DNA from: Rhynchobatus australiae
Lineage: Eukaryota
DNA: 63,485 nt
Direction of reading: 5' to 3'
Assembly: GCA_034780895.1 (NCBI GenBank)
Contig: JAUZTB010000107.1
Location: 33,268,758-33,332,242, forward strand
The position numbers and the translations under genes were made by a program. The notes beneath the pieces are model-generated. The model worked only from the letters and a program-made list of their open reading frames with translations. It did no database searches and was not told the origin of the DNA. Shown piece after piece: positions 1 to 12,109 of this stretch; the first letter of the stretch is position 1, and each line of letters begins with the position of its first letter.

Positions 1-1465
1 CACTGACTCTCCTTTGTCTATCCTGCCTGTTACTTCCTCAAAGAATTCCAACAGATTTGTCAGGCAATATCTCCCCTCCAGGAAACCATGCTGACTTTGG
101 CCTATTTTATCATGAGTTTTCAAGTACCCCGAAACCTCATCCTGAATAATGGACTCTAACATCTTACCAACCACTGAAGTCAGGCTAACTGGCCTATAAG
201 TTCCTGTCTTTTGCCTCCCTCTCTTCTTAAAGAGTGGAGTGACATTTGCGATTTTCCAATCCTCCGGAACTATTCCTGACTCTAGAGATTCTTGAAAGAT
301 CACCACTAATGTTTCCACAATCTCTTCAGCGACCTCTTTCAGACCCTGGGGTGTAGTCCATATGGCCCAGGTGACTTATCTACCTACAGATCTTTCAGTT
401 TCTTAAGTACCTTCTACTTAGCAATAGCGACTACATTCGCTTCTGTCCCCTGACTCTCTCAAATTTTTGGCATGTTGCTGGAGTCTTCCACAGTGAAGAC
501 TGATGCAAAATACTTATTCAGTTCATCCACCAATTCTTTGTTCCCCATTACTATCTCTCCAGCGTCATTTTCCAGTGGTCCAAAGTCCACTTTTGCCTCT
601 CTTTTACTCTTTATATGACTGAAAAAACTTTTGGTATCCTCTTTTATTGATTAGTTTACCTTCATATTTCATCTTTTCTCCCCTTATTACTTTTTTAGTT
701 GTCTTCTGTTGATTTTTAAAAGCTTCCCAATCCTCTAGCTTCCCACTAATTTTTGCAATATTGTATGCCCTCTCTTTTTTTTATGTTGTCCTTGACTTCC
801 CTTGTCAGCCACAGTTGCCTCGTCCTCCCTTCAGAATGCTTCTTCTTCTTTGGGATGAACTGAATGAACTGATCCTGCGTCTTCCGAATTACTCCCAGAA
901 ACTCCTGCCATTTGCTACTCTACTGTCATCCCAGCTAGGGTTCCCTTCTAATCGACTTTGGCCAGCTCCTCTCTCATGCCTCTGTAGTTACCTTTACTCA
1001 ACTGTAATACTGATACGTCCAGTTTTAGTGTCTCCCTTCCAAACTGCAGGGTGAATCCTGTCACATTATGATCACTACCTCCTTAGGGTTCCTTTACCGT
1101 AAGCTCGCTAATCAAATCTGGTTCATTGCACAGCACCAAATCCAGATTTGCCTTTTCCCCAGTGGGCTCTGCCACAAGCTGCTCTAAAAATCATTCTACA
1201 AATTCCTTCTCTTGGGATCCAGTGCCAACCTGATTTTCCCAATCTGCCTGTGTATTGAAATCCCCCTTCTTTCTAAGGATTTGATTTCATTTTTTACTAA
1301 CAGAACTACCCCATCCCCTCTGCCCACCTGCCTGTCTTTTCGATAGGATGTGTGTCCTTGGACGTATAGCTCCCAGCTGTGATCTTCTTCCAACCACAAC
1401 TCTGTGTTGCTCACAACGTCATAAATGTCCATTTCTAACTGCGCTATGAGCTCGTCTACCTTTAT
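1..1465 (-). mobile_element. CR1-clade LINE ORF2 remnant (APE endonuclease N-terminus to RT), internally deleted, runs off the window start
   Basis: The minus strand reads KVDELIAQLEMDIYDVVSNTELWL...YRKDRQVGRGDGVVLLVK (APE motifs). Near 1-260 it reads WKIANVTPLFKKRGRQKTGTYRPVSLTSVVGKMLESII...QSQHGFLEGRYCLTNLLEFFEEVT (CR1 RT). Confidence 0.95.
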
Positions 1466-2594
1466 CAGGGCCACAGAAATCACTGCAAAATGTCACCAAC
1501 AATGAACAGTAACTAACGTTCTATTTTTTTGAAATAAGTGAATGAAGATTTGATGTTGTCAGTTGGAGAATGGACAAAGATTTTCCAGACAAGATCATGT
1601 ACCACGTACTTTCATTGCATAAGTGGCAGAACCAGTCAAGTCCCTGCCTCTTGATAAGCTATCACAAGAGTTGAGGGAGATAAAGCTAGTCAGCATCCCC
1701 TCAAGCTGCTTATTCTTTCAGACAGTGGAATCCACAGGTATTTTAGTTTATTCTTTACGTTTTACAATATTTCAAAACACATAATTAATTGCAGTTTGAA
1801 TGGAGATGCTAACCACATAGTGTCAATAATTAAAACCATATTTTTCCATCTCCAGACACTCACTTGCTGTAGCTGCTGCACTACCAAGAGTCTTAACTGC
1901 AGTATAAAATAATCTGCTTAGATCTAGAAGTAGTTCAATAGCTTTTAATTCAAAGTACTAAACATAAACTTTAGTTTTGAAAAGCATCTGCAAAATCTAA
2001 TGATTCTGAAAAGCATTTGGTCGAACAGTAATAAATATGCTGCCTATTTTGTGCGGTACTACTGTTATCTTTTATTTCGTTCTATTTTTCTTCTAAATTT
2101 ACCTTCCTCAATTAAAACCAGGTGGTTCCGTGCTTTCAGGCATGCGGATCCCTTTACTCCGATTGGACTGAATTAAAAGGAACATTTTTGGACAGAATCT
2201 TGTGTTATTGTTTCCAGGACAATTTGATACTCCAATTGCAGGAGTAAGGGAAAGAGAGAGAAAAGGAGGGACAAATGAAGAATGAGAAAGAGAAACAGCT
2301 GCCTGTGTGCATAACAATTAACCTTTTCACTGGCACAAGCCTATATTTAGGTTTGAACAAACTGTGCTCCAGATGTCATTAACCTCTTTTACAGCTTGTA
2401 TCACTACTCGCAATTCACAGTTTAAACAATCAAACTGCACACTTTTTAACTTTCAGGGAATAGAACAGACAAAATTCAGATGTGCCAGCAAGTTCAGCAA
2501 AGTGTATTAAATTACTGCCTTTTCTTAACCAAAAAAAAACAGAATTCAAAGATAAACCACAAAGCACACAAAACTTGTGGCAAATTGAATTGAT

Positions 2595-2810
2595 GGGATT
2601 GTTACAGAACAGAGTCTATTCAGCCCATCATCTCCATGCCAGATAATTGGAAAACAATACAGTTAGTACTATTCCTCTTCTGCTTCCCCCAACCCTGCAA
2701 GTTATTTTCCCTCCAATGCCTACTAAGTTTCCCTTCAAAATTCTTGATTGACTCCGTTTCTACCATCACTAAGTTGCTGATCATGATCGACCTCTGCATA
2801 AGAAAATATT
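2595..2810 (-). mobile_element. Old CR1 3' end fragment
   Basis: Minus translation VETESIKNFEGKLSRHWRENNLQGWG resembles the CR1 ORF2 C-terminus, followed by a degenerate CR1 3' UTR (gatgggctgaatagactctgttctgtaac). Confidence 0.7.
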
Positions 2811-4983
2811 TCATCAAGTCCTCAGAATGAATCAGTACTATCATACCTGTCCAGGTTAAGGACCATTGCTGAATTGGTAAACTTGCTTGGAAATTACCAT
2901 CTATGCTGCATTGTTACCATTGTAGAATCCATTGTCAGATCCTCTGACTTTTACATGGTTTAATTAAATTATTAGTTGAAGATAGCTGAATGGCTTTAGA
3001 ACAATCTGTACAGCAACAGATGTAGGGCATGCTGCACTTCAAACTGCTTCCAGTAGCGATCACACTGAAGGCTTTGGCAAGGGCTGCTCATGCAATTGAG
3101 TCTGATTGGGGAAAAAGTAAATCCCCAAGATCTCAGTGCTCTGAGCTCTCCTCCTGTTGAGCAGTCAATGAGGAAGTGCCAAACCTATAGTATGTGGAGG
3201 CATCTGGGAGCAACTCAGTTAATCAAAAGGGGAAGAGAGTTATAAAAATATACAGGCAGAGAAGGAAAGAAAATGAAAGGAATTAGAAAAATACACTTGA
3301 ATTAAAGCCTTAATTAATCTTTGATACTACAGGAACTATCGCAGATGACTTTTACTATATGGAAATGAAGGTATGGAGGTGCTGAAGATCTGCTTAGTTT
3401 CTGCAGAATTTAACTTCACACCTTTCAGCCCTGTAGGAATATTTATTTTGAAAATATAATTGGCAAACATTTATTCCTGGGCTATTCGAATAATGTCATT
3501 GTTACAAATATTCCATTTTGCCTTCATCTGGATATATTTTTGAAACAATTTCATTTGATAGCGAAGTTATTAAGCTCCTCTGTATTCAGTTGATTCTCAG
3601 CCAACATTTTGTCTCCATGCAAATAAGTGTTGTTGTTTTACCCACATCTGCTTATGAAGCATGCTTTCACACCTGTGACACACACTTGCAACTGTAACAG
3701 CCGGAATTTGAAAACTTCACAATTTTGACACACAGAGTTGGTAATGTATGTAACCACATCATAATTGTCCTATCTTCAGCAGATTTTTGCAAATTTTATC
3801 AACCTCTTTAACATGCTAATTTGCATTCAAGTCTGCATTAGATAGAAACTGCATTAGAACAATGTGCTCAGCAGCAGTTCAAATCTAGCTAAGGTTTACC
3901 AGGATAAAAGTATCCTATTTCTATTGGTTTGTCCTCAAGAAGGACAAATACTACCCAGTTCCTGGCAGGTGCAGAAGTATTTATAATTAATTGTAAATTG
4001 GCACAACACTGAAAATTACTCTCAGCAGCTACATTCGAGGCTGATAGGAAACTGAAATCTCAGACAGGTGTGGTACGGAGATCTTCGGAGGCTGGGATTA
4101 AAGTACAGAATTGTGGGCAATGTCATCAACACTTAATCTTGCATTTGATGTTGATTTAGCTGCATGTGCTTGATGCTGTGTCCAGGTGTGAAAAATGTTG
4201 AGCTTTTCCCAGCACAGACATCATTACCTCAAACATACAAGTACTTAATGTAAGAAAGGCTATATATATCAATATATATGTCACTAAAAATTGTCATTTG
4301 AGGGTCAACATTGTGTTGTAAACATTCAGGACAGCATAAATAATGGTAGAAATAATGGTTCAAGGTGTTTAATATTACCAGGTTCACACATGCTTTTCAT
4401 GTATTAGTTTAAAATGCTAGAAACATTGAAATATTTTCAAACACAGGGCTGTATTTTCAATGAAGTACATGTTTAACACAACAGGACACATTGATCAATC
4501 TCATTTTTAACCAGTGGCCTCTCATGCTTGCCTGTTGACTTGTATTATAACTACCAGACCTCATTAATATAGTCCAGGCCTGGCTTACTGCCCAAACCAG
4601 GTGTGAATAACAAGCAGCTGAGAGTTGTGCAAATCCTGCAGAAGGCCACTGTGTGAGACCAGCAGTAGGGTATCCCATCAGTGGGGAGTGGAGGAAGCAA
4701 GGGCTTTAAACATAATCACAGATAATGAAGGGAGAGGAAATCCTGGTTGGAATAGGCTAAGGAGCATGTCTGTTCCTCCTGAACCACGACCAATCTTTTA
4801 ACATTTCAAATCCTTTTATTTTGAAATCCTCTTCTGATTCTGGTTCTCCTTTGGCCAGTATCCATGATGAAGCTGGTATTGGGTGCTAAATTTGCAAAGG
4901 AAAGTTAACTCAGGCACCAAATTTTAATTCTCAATGGCACTCTTGCCTGTCTGGGGCAAAAGCTTCACATATTCATTAAAATA

Positions 4984-5244
4984 GGCAGGCACGGTAGTGC
5001 AGTAATTAGTTTAACACTTCACAGCGCCAGCGACCTGGGTTCAAATCCAGCCACTGTCTGTAAGGAGTTTGTATGTTCTCCCTGTGTCTGCATGGATTTC
5101 CTCCGGGTTAGGACATTGTGGGCATGCTGTGTTGGCGCCAGAAGTGTGGCGACGTTTGTGGGCTGTCCCCAGAACACTACACAAACAGATGTATTTCACT
5201 ATGTGTTTTGATGTACATGTGACTAATAAAGATATCTTATCTTA
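4984..5244 (+). mobile_element. tRNA-derived V-SINE with an internal deletion and a (TCTTA)n tail
   Basis: Pol III B-box gggttcaaatcc; V-domain gagtttgtatgttctccctgtgtctgcatggatttcctccggg; tail aataaagatatcttatctta; likely TSD ttaaaat at 4976-4982 and 5242-5248. It aligns to the copy at 44963-45267 apart from a deletion of about 35 bp. Confidence 0.92.
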
Positions 5245-7389
5245 AAATGGCAAGGGATGTTAAAAGATACAGTATGTGTGGCACCTGCCACAATGCTCAC
5301 TCCCATACAGTTCCATTAAGTCTAATGCATCTACCCTATCAGACCAAGGGCTAAGTTTATTTCTGTTTCAATTTAAAGTACATAATGTGAAGACATATGA
5401 TCGATCACAGTCTATGGCGTAGCAGATCGTAGTGAAAAAGAAGTATTGAAGATCACAGTGGAACTGGAATGTGAGAAAATTCTCAAAAAGGGAAACATAG
5501 TAAATTGCATATAGTATAAAGATAGATTCATTGTTCATATCACTAAAGGTAAAAAATATTGGTGTGTACATTGCTGAGGATGTGTATGCCTATATAAACA
5601 ACTTCAATTTAATTCGCATAATTTTACAATTCCATGCTACTTCTTCAAGTGTGTTGCATCCTTGCATCACATTGCCAGTCAGCTGTTGTGTAATGATTCT
5701 GAGATTGCTCCTTATTGGGGTTCTCATAACTGGTTGATTAGTGTTCAAATAATGTTGTTTTGTTTAAATCTCATCTTTGTCTCATCCCATCATTTGCACC
5801 AAATTGATGTTTGCATGAAGGAGAACTCAAGTGGACGGTTTCTCTTTACATTTAAATAAATACATTAATGAAGTACACTTGAATCACATTGGTGACAATT
5901 TTTGCATTGATTGTGTTTTCTAACAAACTAGTTCTCTATCAAAGCATTCACCTAAACTGTGAAGCTTTTGTATTAATTGAGAGAGTGCCAAATTCTGATT
6001 TATAATGTGTTCTCTTAGTTGTTAAAATGAAGATTTTGTAAAAGAAAAAAAAGACATAATTAAAATAAATACAATTCACCCTATCTGCTCAACAAGAGCA
6101 TTTCTCTCCATAAGGTTTTGTCTTGCAGTGCATATTGCCATTCCCTAGGCTGTCAGATCTGCCTTTGCTTGGCAGGAGAGAAAAACAGAACTCCAAATTG
6201 GAATTCATTTATTAGTATGTGGAGCAATAAATGGCCTCGCCCAACAAGGAGTACAGTGTGAGGTTGGTAGACCAATCTGGACAGAATGAAAAGAAGGACA
6301 GATAAGTAGTTGCAATGATTCTTTACTGGCCTGAAAATTAATTAAACAAAAGAGATTATTGGAGCCTGTTTCTGGTTTGTCTCCTCTTTAACACAATACT
6401 GACAAAAGGAGTTTTACTCTTTCCAAAATGCTGAAGTGGCTGAAAACGAACACCTTGTTTCTGAACAAGAAAACTGAATGCATTTTCCCACCCCACCTTA
6501 TTCAGTACAGACTTAGTCATATGAAGCTGAAAGTCTAAAATATTATGATTTATGAGATCAGGGTGTGTTCAGTAATAAAGGAACATTATCTGATGTTTGA
6601 TGAGTCACATTCTTGGTTTGAGTTATATATCCCCAAAACCATCATTGATCTTGAATACTAACCTTTAATTATTTTGTGTCTGCAGTATTTATACTGACTC
6701 ACATCTTTGTCAGTTGTGCTGGTGTAATCAAACAGTTTTCTCTGCTGTATTATTACATTCCAACACTTTTAAAGGAACAAGTTCATAAGTTTGTCTGGAT
6801 TATGACAAGTGCAGGAACAACATTTGCATTAAAACCATCAGCATGGTAACATTATTACAAGAACCCAGTCATTATGTTTCTCCTTCTTCTTGGGACTCCC
6901 GGTTCCATACTCCATTTAAAAAAAACAAGGGAAACCAGTAATCCACACCTATCCTGTACTAATGGAGTTCTTGACATGCCCATCAGAGTGTACATGGAAA
7001 TTGATTATCTGCTTTTATAGAAATAATTTCAATGCCGGTTTGTGAGATAATTTCTAATCCACTAACAACTTTTTTACCAACCAGAATCATTCGGCAAAGT
7101 TATGTCCTCTGAAAACTCACTGGAGTTTAAATGTTCCCATACCACAGAACAGACTTTTGAGGATTGAGGGAGAGGTTTGAACCTTTGATGCGCTGGCCTC
7201 TGCTGGATTTTGCAGGCAGGTAACATGATTTTCTCAGCGGTAGATTTAATGCACATCATCATTTAGATTTCATAAGCAGGTACAATGATGCCACATGCAA
7301 ATCAGCTTCACCTTGGATTTCTGATGGGACATTTTAAATGTTATATTTGATGGAATATGGACTTGGCTATGCTGCAAAAGGGGACAAGA

Positions 7390-7910
7390 AAACGGGAGGC
7401 AGACACATCACATCTGCCAGATTCGCTGATGCCTCACTGGATGTTATGCTGGGGGCTGTAAGTGTGTGCAGGAGGAAAATATTCCCTGGCAGCTGGAGGA
7501 AAAAGCCTGCAGCCAAAACAAGAATGAGTGGTTGGATGTGACCACAACTGTCAGCAGCCAGACTGTGCTCCTTGCCTCCATAACCCAGTGCTAGAGGTGA
7601 CTTGATATCTTCACTAAATCAGGAAAAAATGAGAGTGGTACATTCACCCAACCTTGATGTGGGTATTCACTCTGCCCTCTTAGCTCTATTCCCAAACCTC
7701 ATTCCTCACACTGTGCTTTTGGAGAATGAGCCATCCTCCTCGATCTATACACTTCTTAGATGCCACTGACAGTCAGACTCAACTCAATGTCATGACTCTC
7801 CTTTACAGTCACAAGTATAAATGTTTTTCATCCATGCCTCATATAGGTGTTGCATTTTATTCCTTACAATAGAAGAGAACATAGAACACCAGAGAGAGGC
7901 AGAGAAGCAG
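7390..7910 (+). pseudogene. PIF/Harbinger Myb/SANT-like DNA-binding protein gene remnant (probably two exons)
   Basis: SARFADASLDVMLGAVSVCRRKIFPGSWRKKPAAKT, then after a frameshift NEWLDVTTTVSSQTVLLASITQC*R*LDIFTKSGK. This fits the Harbinger Myb pattern (RF..L..L...W..VA..VS.....R...QC.KR..D). A KRT*NTRER segment near 7870-7900 may be exon 2. Confidence 0.75.
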
Positions 7911-8189
7911 TAGCCCTTCACTCTCAAGCAGCTACCATTTGTAAAAGGGGCAGTCTCAGACAAAACCAAGATATTAGACTTTCTGGTCCATAGTAATTCT
8001 CTTTGTTATTAAGTGTCATGGGAGCTCAAACACTGACACTATGCAACAGGGGATGGGTGAGTGTGTATTTGTGTTTACGGAACTGGCTTTTGATTAGAGA
8101 AGTGAGAGAGGACTCACAAAATGGGCTTCCATCAAGCTGTAGTCTGCTGTCCTTGCAGGAAGCTAGCTGAACCTTGCAGCTATCAATCC

Positions 8190-8895
8190 ATTTGGTGTAC
8201 CATCCACAGCAAATTGAATGGTTTGTCCCAACACCACCGGCATTTACTTCTTCCAGCTCTTCCCCAGAAGAGGGTGTAGATGCAGAGCAGTTGGGTGTTA
8301 ATAAAGTAGAAAACTATTCCACTCAGATCCAGGATAGCACATGATCTCAGATCACCACGAGTGTTGTCAATGACACCTTGCTCCTGCAACAAGTCAGCCT
8401 GAGCAGCAAATCCAAGCACCCTGACTCATGCCATCTACTATAAACTTTAAATAACATGCCAGCTCTTATCAAAAAGAAGTTTGTTATCTGCCAGTCTGAG
8501 CTGGCCAATTGAGGAATTCTACAGACATCACTGGAGCAGCTTTGGAATTTTTCAAGTTTGTAGAAGCTGGGGGCAATGGACAATTTCACAGCCACCAGCA
8601 AAGCATGTCTAACAAGCAGCAGGTGTTGGTCAAAGGAGATGCAATTGATCTACCACCAACTGCCATGATGGTCAGGGCCTCAAGAGACACCGGTGTTCCA
8701 TTGTATTAAGGATACTGAACCTCTGTGTATTCACAAAATATTCACAGAAAATGCTGGAGATGCTCAGCAGGATAAGCAACTCTGTAAGGAGAGGAACAGA
8801 GTTGACGTTTCAGGTTGATGACTGTTTATTGGATCTCTAAAGTATCGACTCTCTGTGTATTCATGCTGTGTACAGGGTATTGCCTCCTGTGAACT
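8190..8895 (-). pseudogene. PIF/Harbinger DDE transposase remnant (HARBI1-like), with frameshifts and deletions
   Basis: Minus-strand pieces: RRQYPVHSMNTQRFSILNTMEHRC; LLVAVKLSIAPSFYKLEKFQSCSSDVCRIPQ (cf. LPVAVKVT.ALNFYA.GSFQ...D.C.ISQ); GFAAQADLLQEQGVIDNTR (cf. GFP.VQG.IDGTH); FINTQLLC (cf. S.NVQ.VC); RWCWDKPFNLLWM (cf. WLLGD.GYPL..WL). Confidence 0.85.
8734..8850 (-). mobile_element. Short Penelope-derived fold-back insert with a decayed hammerhead-like motif and a 13-bp TSD
   Basis: Perfect direct repeat ctctgtgtattca at 8721-8733 and 8851-8863. The minus strand contains aacctGAAACGTCaactctg and the PLE terminal motif cctgctgagcatctccagcattttctg. Confidence 0.8.
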
Positions 8896-11864
8896 ACAGA
8901 CGAGTCAGCAGTAGCCTGCTGTCAATCCCGGGTTTCCTTTGGTTGATATCCACACCTACTCTTTGCCCCCTTGTTATTGCTATAGGAGCATAACCCAAAT
9001 CCCCTCATTAAATATCACTAAAGATGTGCTGACCTCACTACATTTGTGACCAGTTCAAAATATTGTAACTGTACAGCAAACTTGATGAAATTAACACTAA
9101 ACCTCTCAAAACATTCTCTAGCATTCACACAGGAAAAAAATAACACAACTCTTATGAAGAAAATCTTTCACAATCACTGAAGACTTACGTGCTGCAATTT
9201 TTATTATCAGAATGTCAGTCCTTCTTCTCCATTTAATACTACTCTGTTTCTGCCATGGTTTTGCTGGCATGTTTCATAGAGAAACCCATGCACCTGGAGT
9301 TAAATTCATAAACTGCTGTTAAAGTTGCTCTTAATGGACAATTAACTCAGTTAAGTTGGCAACCTGCCTCTCCTGAGGGGTATCCCGCTCACTGCCAGAT
9401 GTGCTCAGTTAAATCCAGGATAGTGGCAGATCCTCTAACCATGCACACTTAGCTCTCAGTATCAACCACAGTGAAATCAGGCTTTCCCCAAACCTACTGC
9501 GCATCATAACTGAATTCAACTTAGCATGTTTATCCAACAGAAGACACACTCACAACATTCCCCACATTTATTCTCAATTGTGGGGAATGGAATTCAACTT
9601 GAACAGAAACAAAAATAAAACGGTGAACCTGATCACTGAGAAAGTTAGATAAAAACTGCCCCATCCCAGTTCTTCCCTATCCCTTAGTGTTTAGAAGTCT
9701 TATAAGTGAGATGAGTGGAAATATACTTATACTGTACATTCGGACACATTTGTGATGTTGCATCATGTAGCGAATGATTAAGTATGTCCTGTAGTTAACA
9801 CCTTTCAAAAATTATTTTCATGCACACAAACTTTAGATTCAATTAGTTAAAAAATTAGAATCCTTATGAATGGGCCATCTTCCATTTCAAACACACAAAT
9901 CAGATACAGAATATTTAGATAGATATTAAAGCTCCATCTTAGACTCAACAATGCATCTTACAGTCACAGAGATACTTTGAGCAGTGGAGCAGTCCCTCGG
10001 CCCAACTTGTTCATGCCAACCAAGCTCTCAGCTTAGAACCAACTACAAAAAAAGCTCTTACTATGATACCATTGTTCCACTTCTCCATTTCCCACCTCAG
10101 CCACCCACTGAGTGAAATTGTCAATTTCAGACGGAGCTCCATTCTACCAAATAACGTCCATTAGGAAAACTGAAAGCCAGGAAATGTTTCTCATACATGA
10201 AACTTACACTGGCAAATATTTAGCTTCAATAAATTAAAACCTGGTTTAAGGAGAAGCTCTAGTATCAAATAAATGGCACCACCCAGTCATCTAAAATGTA
10301 ACAAAGCTGAAGTAACAAAGTGGAATTGAGTTATGTTCTTCAGCAGAGAATATTACTGGTAATACAAAATGGTGGAATGAACTCCTATTCAGTTTCTTTA
10401 GACCAAATGTTCCACATTAGATTTTAATTAAATGTCTTTTTTTCTGATATAACTATGTAATTTAGTCATGCATGTATAGTTATAAACCTCCAACTAATTT
10501 CCTGTTCCTATTGTACTCAGACTAACTACAAAGTCTGCTCAGGTCTCAACATTTTTCTCCATCCTTTATAATAATGACACTTATTTTGTCCTTATTATAG
10601 GTACCATTCATGACAAAACAGCATTTTAATCTCAAATGTAACTGTGCTGAATTTTACTAACAGCTTTGTCTTAATATTAGAAATGTTTTATGGCATTATC
10701 TTTGAAAAAATTCTGTAAAGTGACAGTTAAGCTCTGATCCTTCAAGTTTTTAATACAATACTGGAAATTAATTTTATGATCAACGTCCTTCAAATTTAGA
10801 ACTGGTTGTTCACGGCTTTGATAGCTGTCCACTCAGGTCCATTCCTGAGATGCACTGAATGCATGCACTGGATGGCATACTTCAAAAGCAGTTCTCTTTC
10901 AGGTAAGTAATTAACAATTTTTCAAATTATTTTTAGACAAAGAGCAGTGGATTATAGAATTCATGAAAATTTTACTTTAATGATAATGAAAGGAGCACTG
11001 TCTATTAAAAATAACCTAACCCCATTAAGATATCTGACAAAGAGACCTCCAATAAAGGAAGTGAAAGCATGTTGAAATATTTTAGTTATTAGGCCACAAG
11101 GAGATGCCTCTTAGTGATTAGTTGCTGCTACTAATAATGTTCTTTGACAGTGTAGTGGTATTTTCTGAGCATTTTGTATTTATATCTCAATTCACATCTA
11201 AGTCTTAATGGCGATCAAACATCAAACATGCCATTTAGCCATGTTAAATATAGTAAGCTCTCAGATGGGATGTGTTCCCCAAGGGGACATTGGCAATGAT
11301 TTTATTCATTCATTCCTCATCTTTTGTGTACCTCTTGATAAACAATCCACGGTACAGCATTAAGTGTCAGAATAAGTGCAGTAATCTGTCCATCTAAATG
11401 ATTAGCATTGAGCACCAGTAGAACACTTGCTGAAGTGAAATAAAAGATTGAATCCTGGCATTTTACCAATGCTTTAATACCTAACTGTTGGTGTATGTTG
11501 ACTAGCATTAACCATGTATTCTTCCAACATAATAGCTTACACTGCATGGTATAAAATTTCATACTGCACTTCACAATTCTTAGCAATTTGTTCTTGGTTA
11601 CTGAATTCATTGTCTTGAAGTGATATGAAACATGTATTTTTCAAAGAGCTATGTGAATAGGGTTGCAATCATCTGGCTTGAAATCAACCATCAGTTAACG
11701 TATTGTCTGGTTTGGCTGCTTTTCACCCAGCTGAACAGTAGTATGTATTACAACAAAGTGACCGCAGAATTTCAGCATTCAGATAAAGAAATTAAAGAGC
11801 CAATTATCCAACTTTCAAAATCACAAGCCATTCACATATGCTGTCCTGCAACTAGCAATTCTCA

Positions 11865-12105
11865 AGGCTGGAGGCTGAAAAACAGCTGTCTCATACCTCC
11901 TCCTATCTCCCAGAGCCTGTCACTGAAAATCAGGCAATGGTTTCCCATATGTTCATTGATTTCATCCCTTGTGATCTTCCCTCCATGGCCACTAACCACA
12001 CAGTCACCAAACACTGCAGAATCCACTTCCATTTCTAGTCCAAGATCCACAAAAGGACCATGCTGGTGGACCATTATATCAGCTCATTCTTGCCCCACAA
12101 AATAT
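11865..12105 (+). mobile_element. Penelope-like element, RT N-terminal remnant
   Basis: LEAEKQLSHTSSYLPEPVTENQAMVSHMFIDFIPCDLPSMATNHTV...FHF*SKIHK then (frameshift) IISAHSCPT. This matches the PLE pattern EA.RQLSD.SSY.....DP...DLP..A..L....FYLLPKIHK...GRPIVSACSCPT. Confidence 0.8.
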
Positions 12106-12109
12106 TCTG

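Noticed and set aside
4984-5055. tRNA-like A/B boxes (also near 45200-45267 and 59860-59930)
   Set aside because: They are SINE heads followed by V-domains, with no complete cloverleaf; not tRNA genes.
5411-5470. Protein-like frame VYGVADRSEKEVLKITVELE with a possible GTGAGA donor
   Set aside because: The acceptor has no pyrimidine tract, there is an in-frame stop just upstream, and the peptide is unrecognised.
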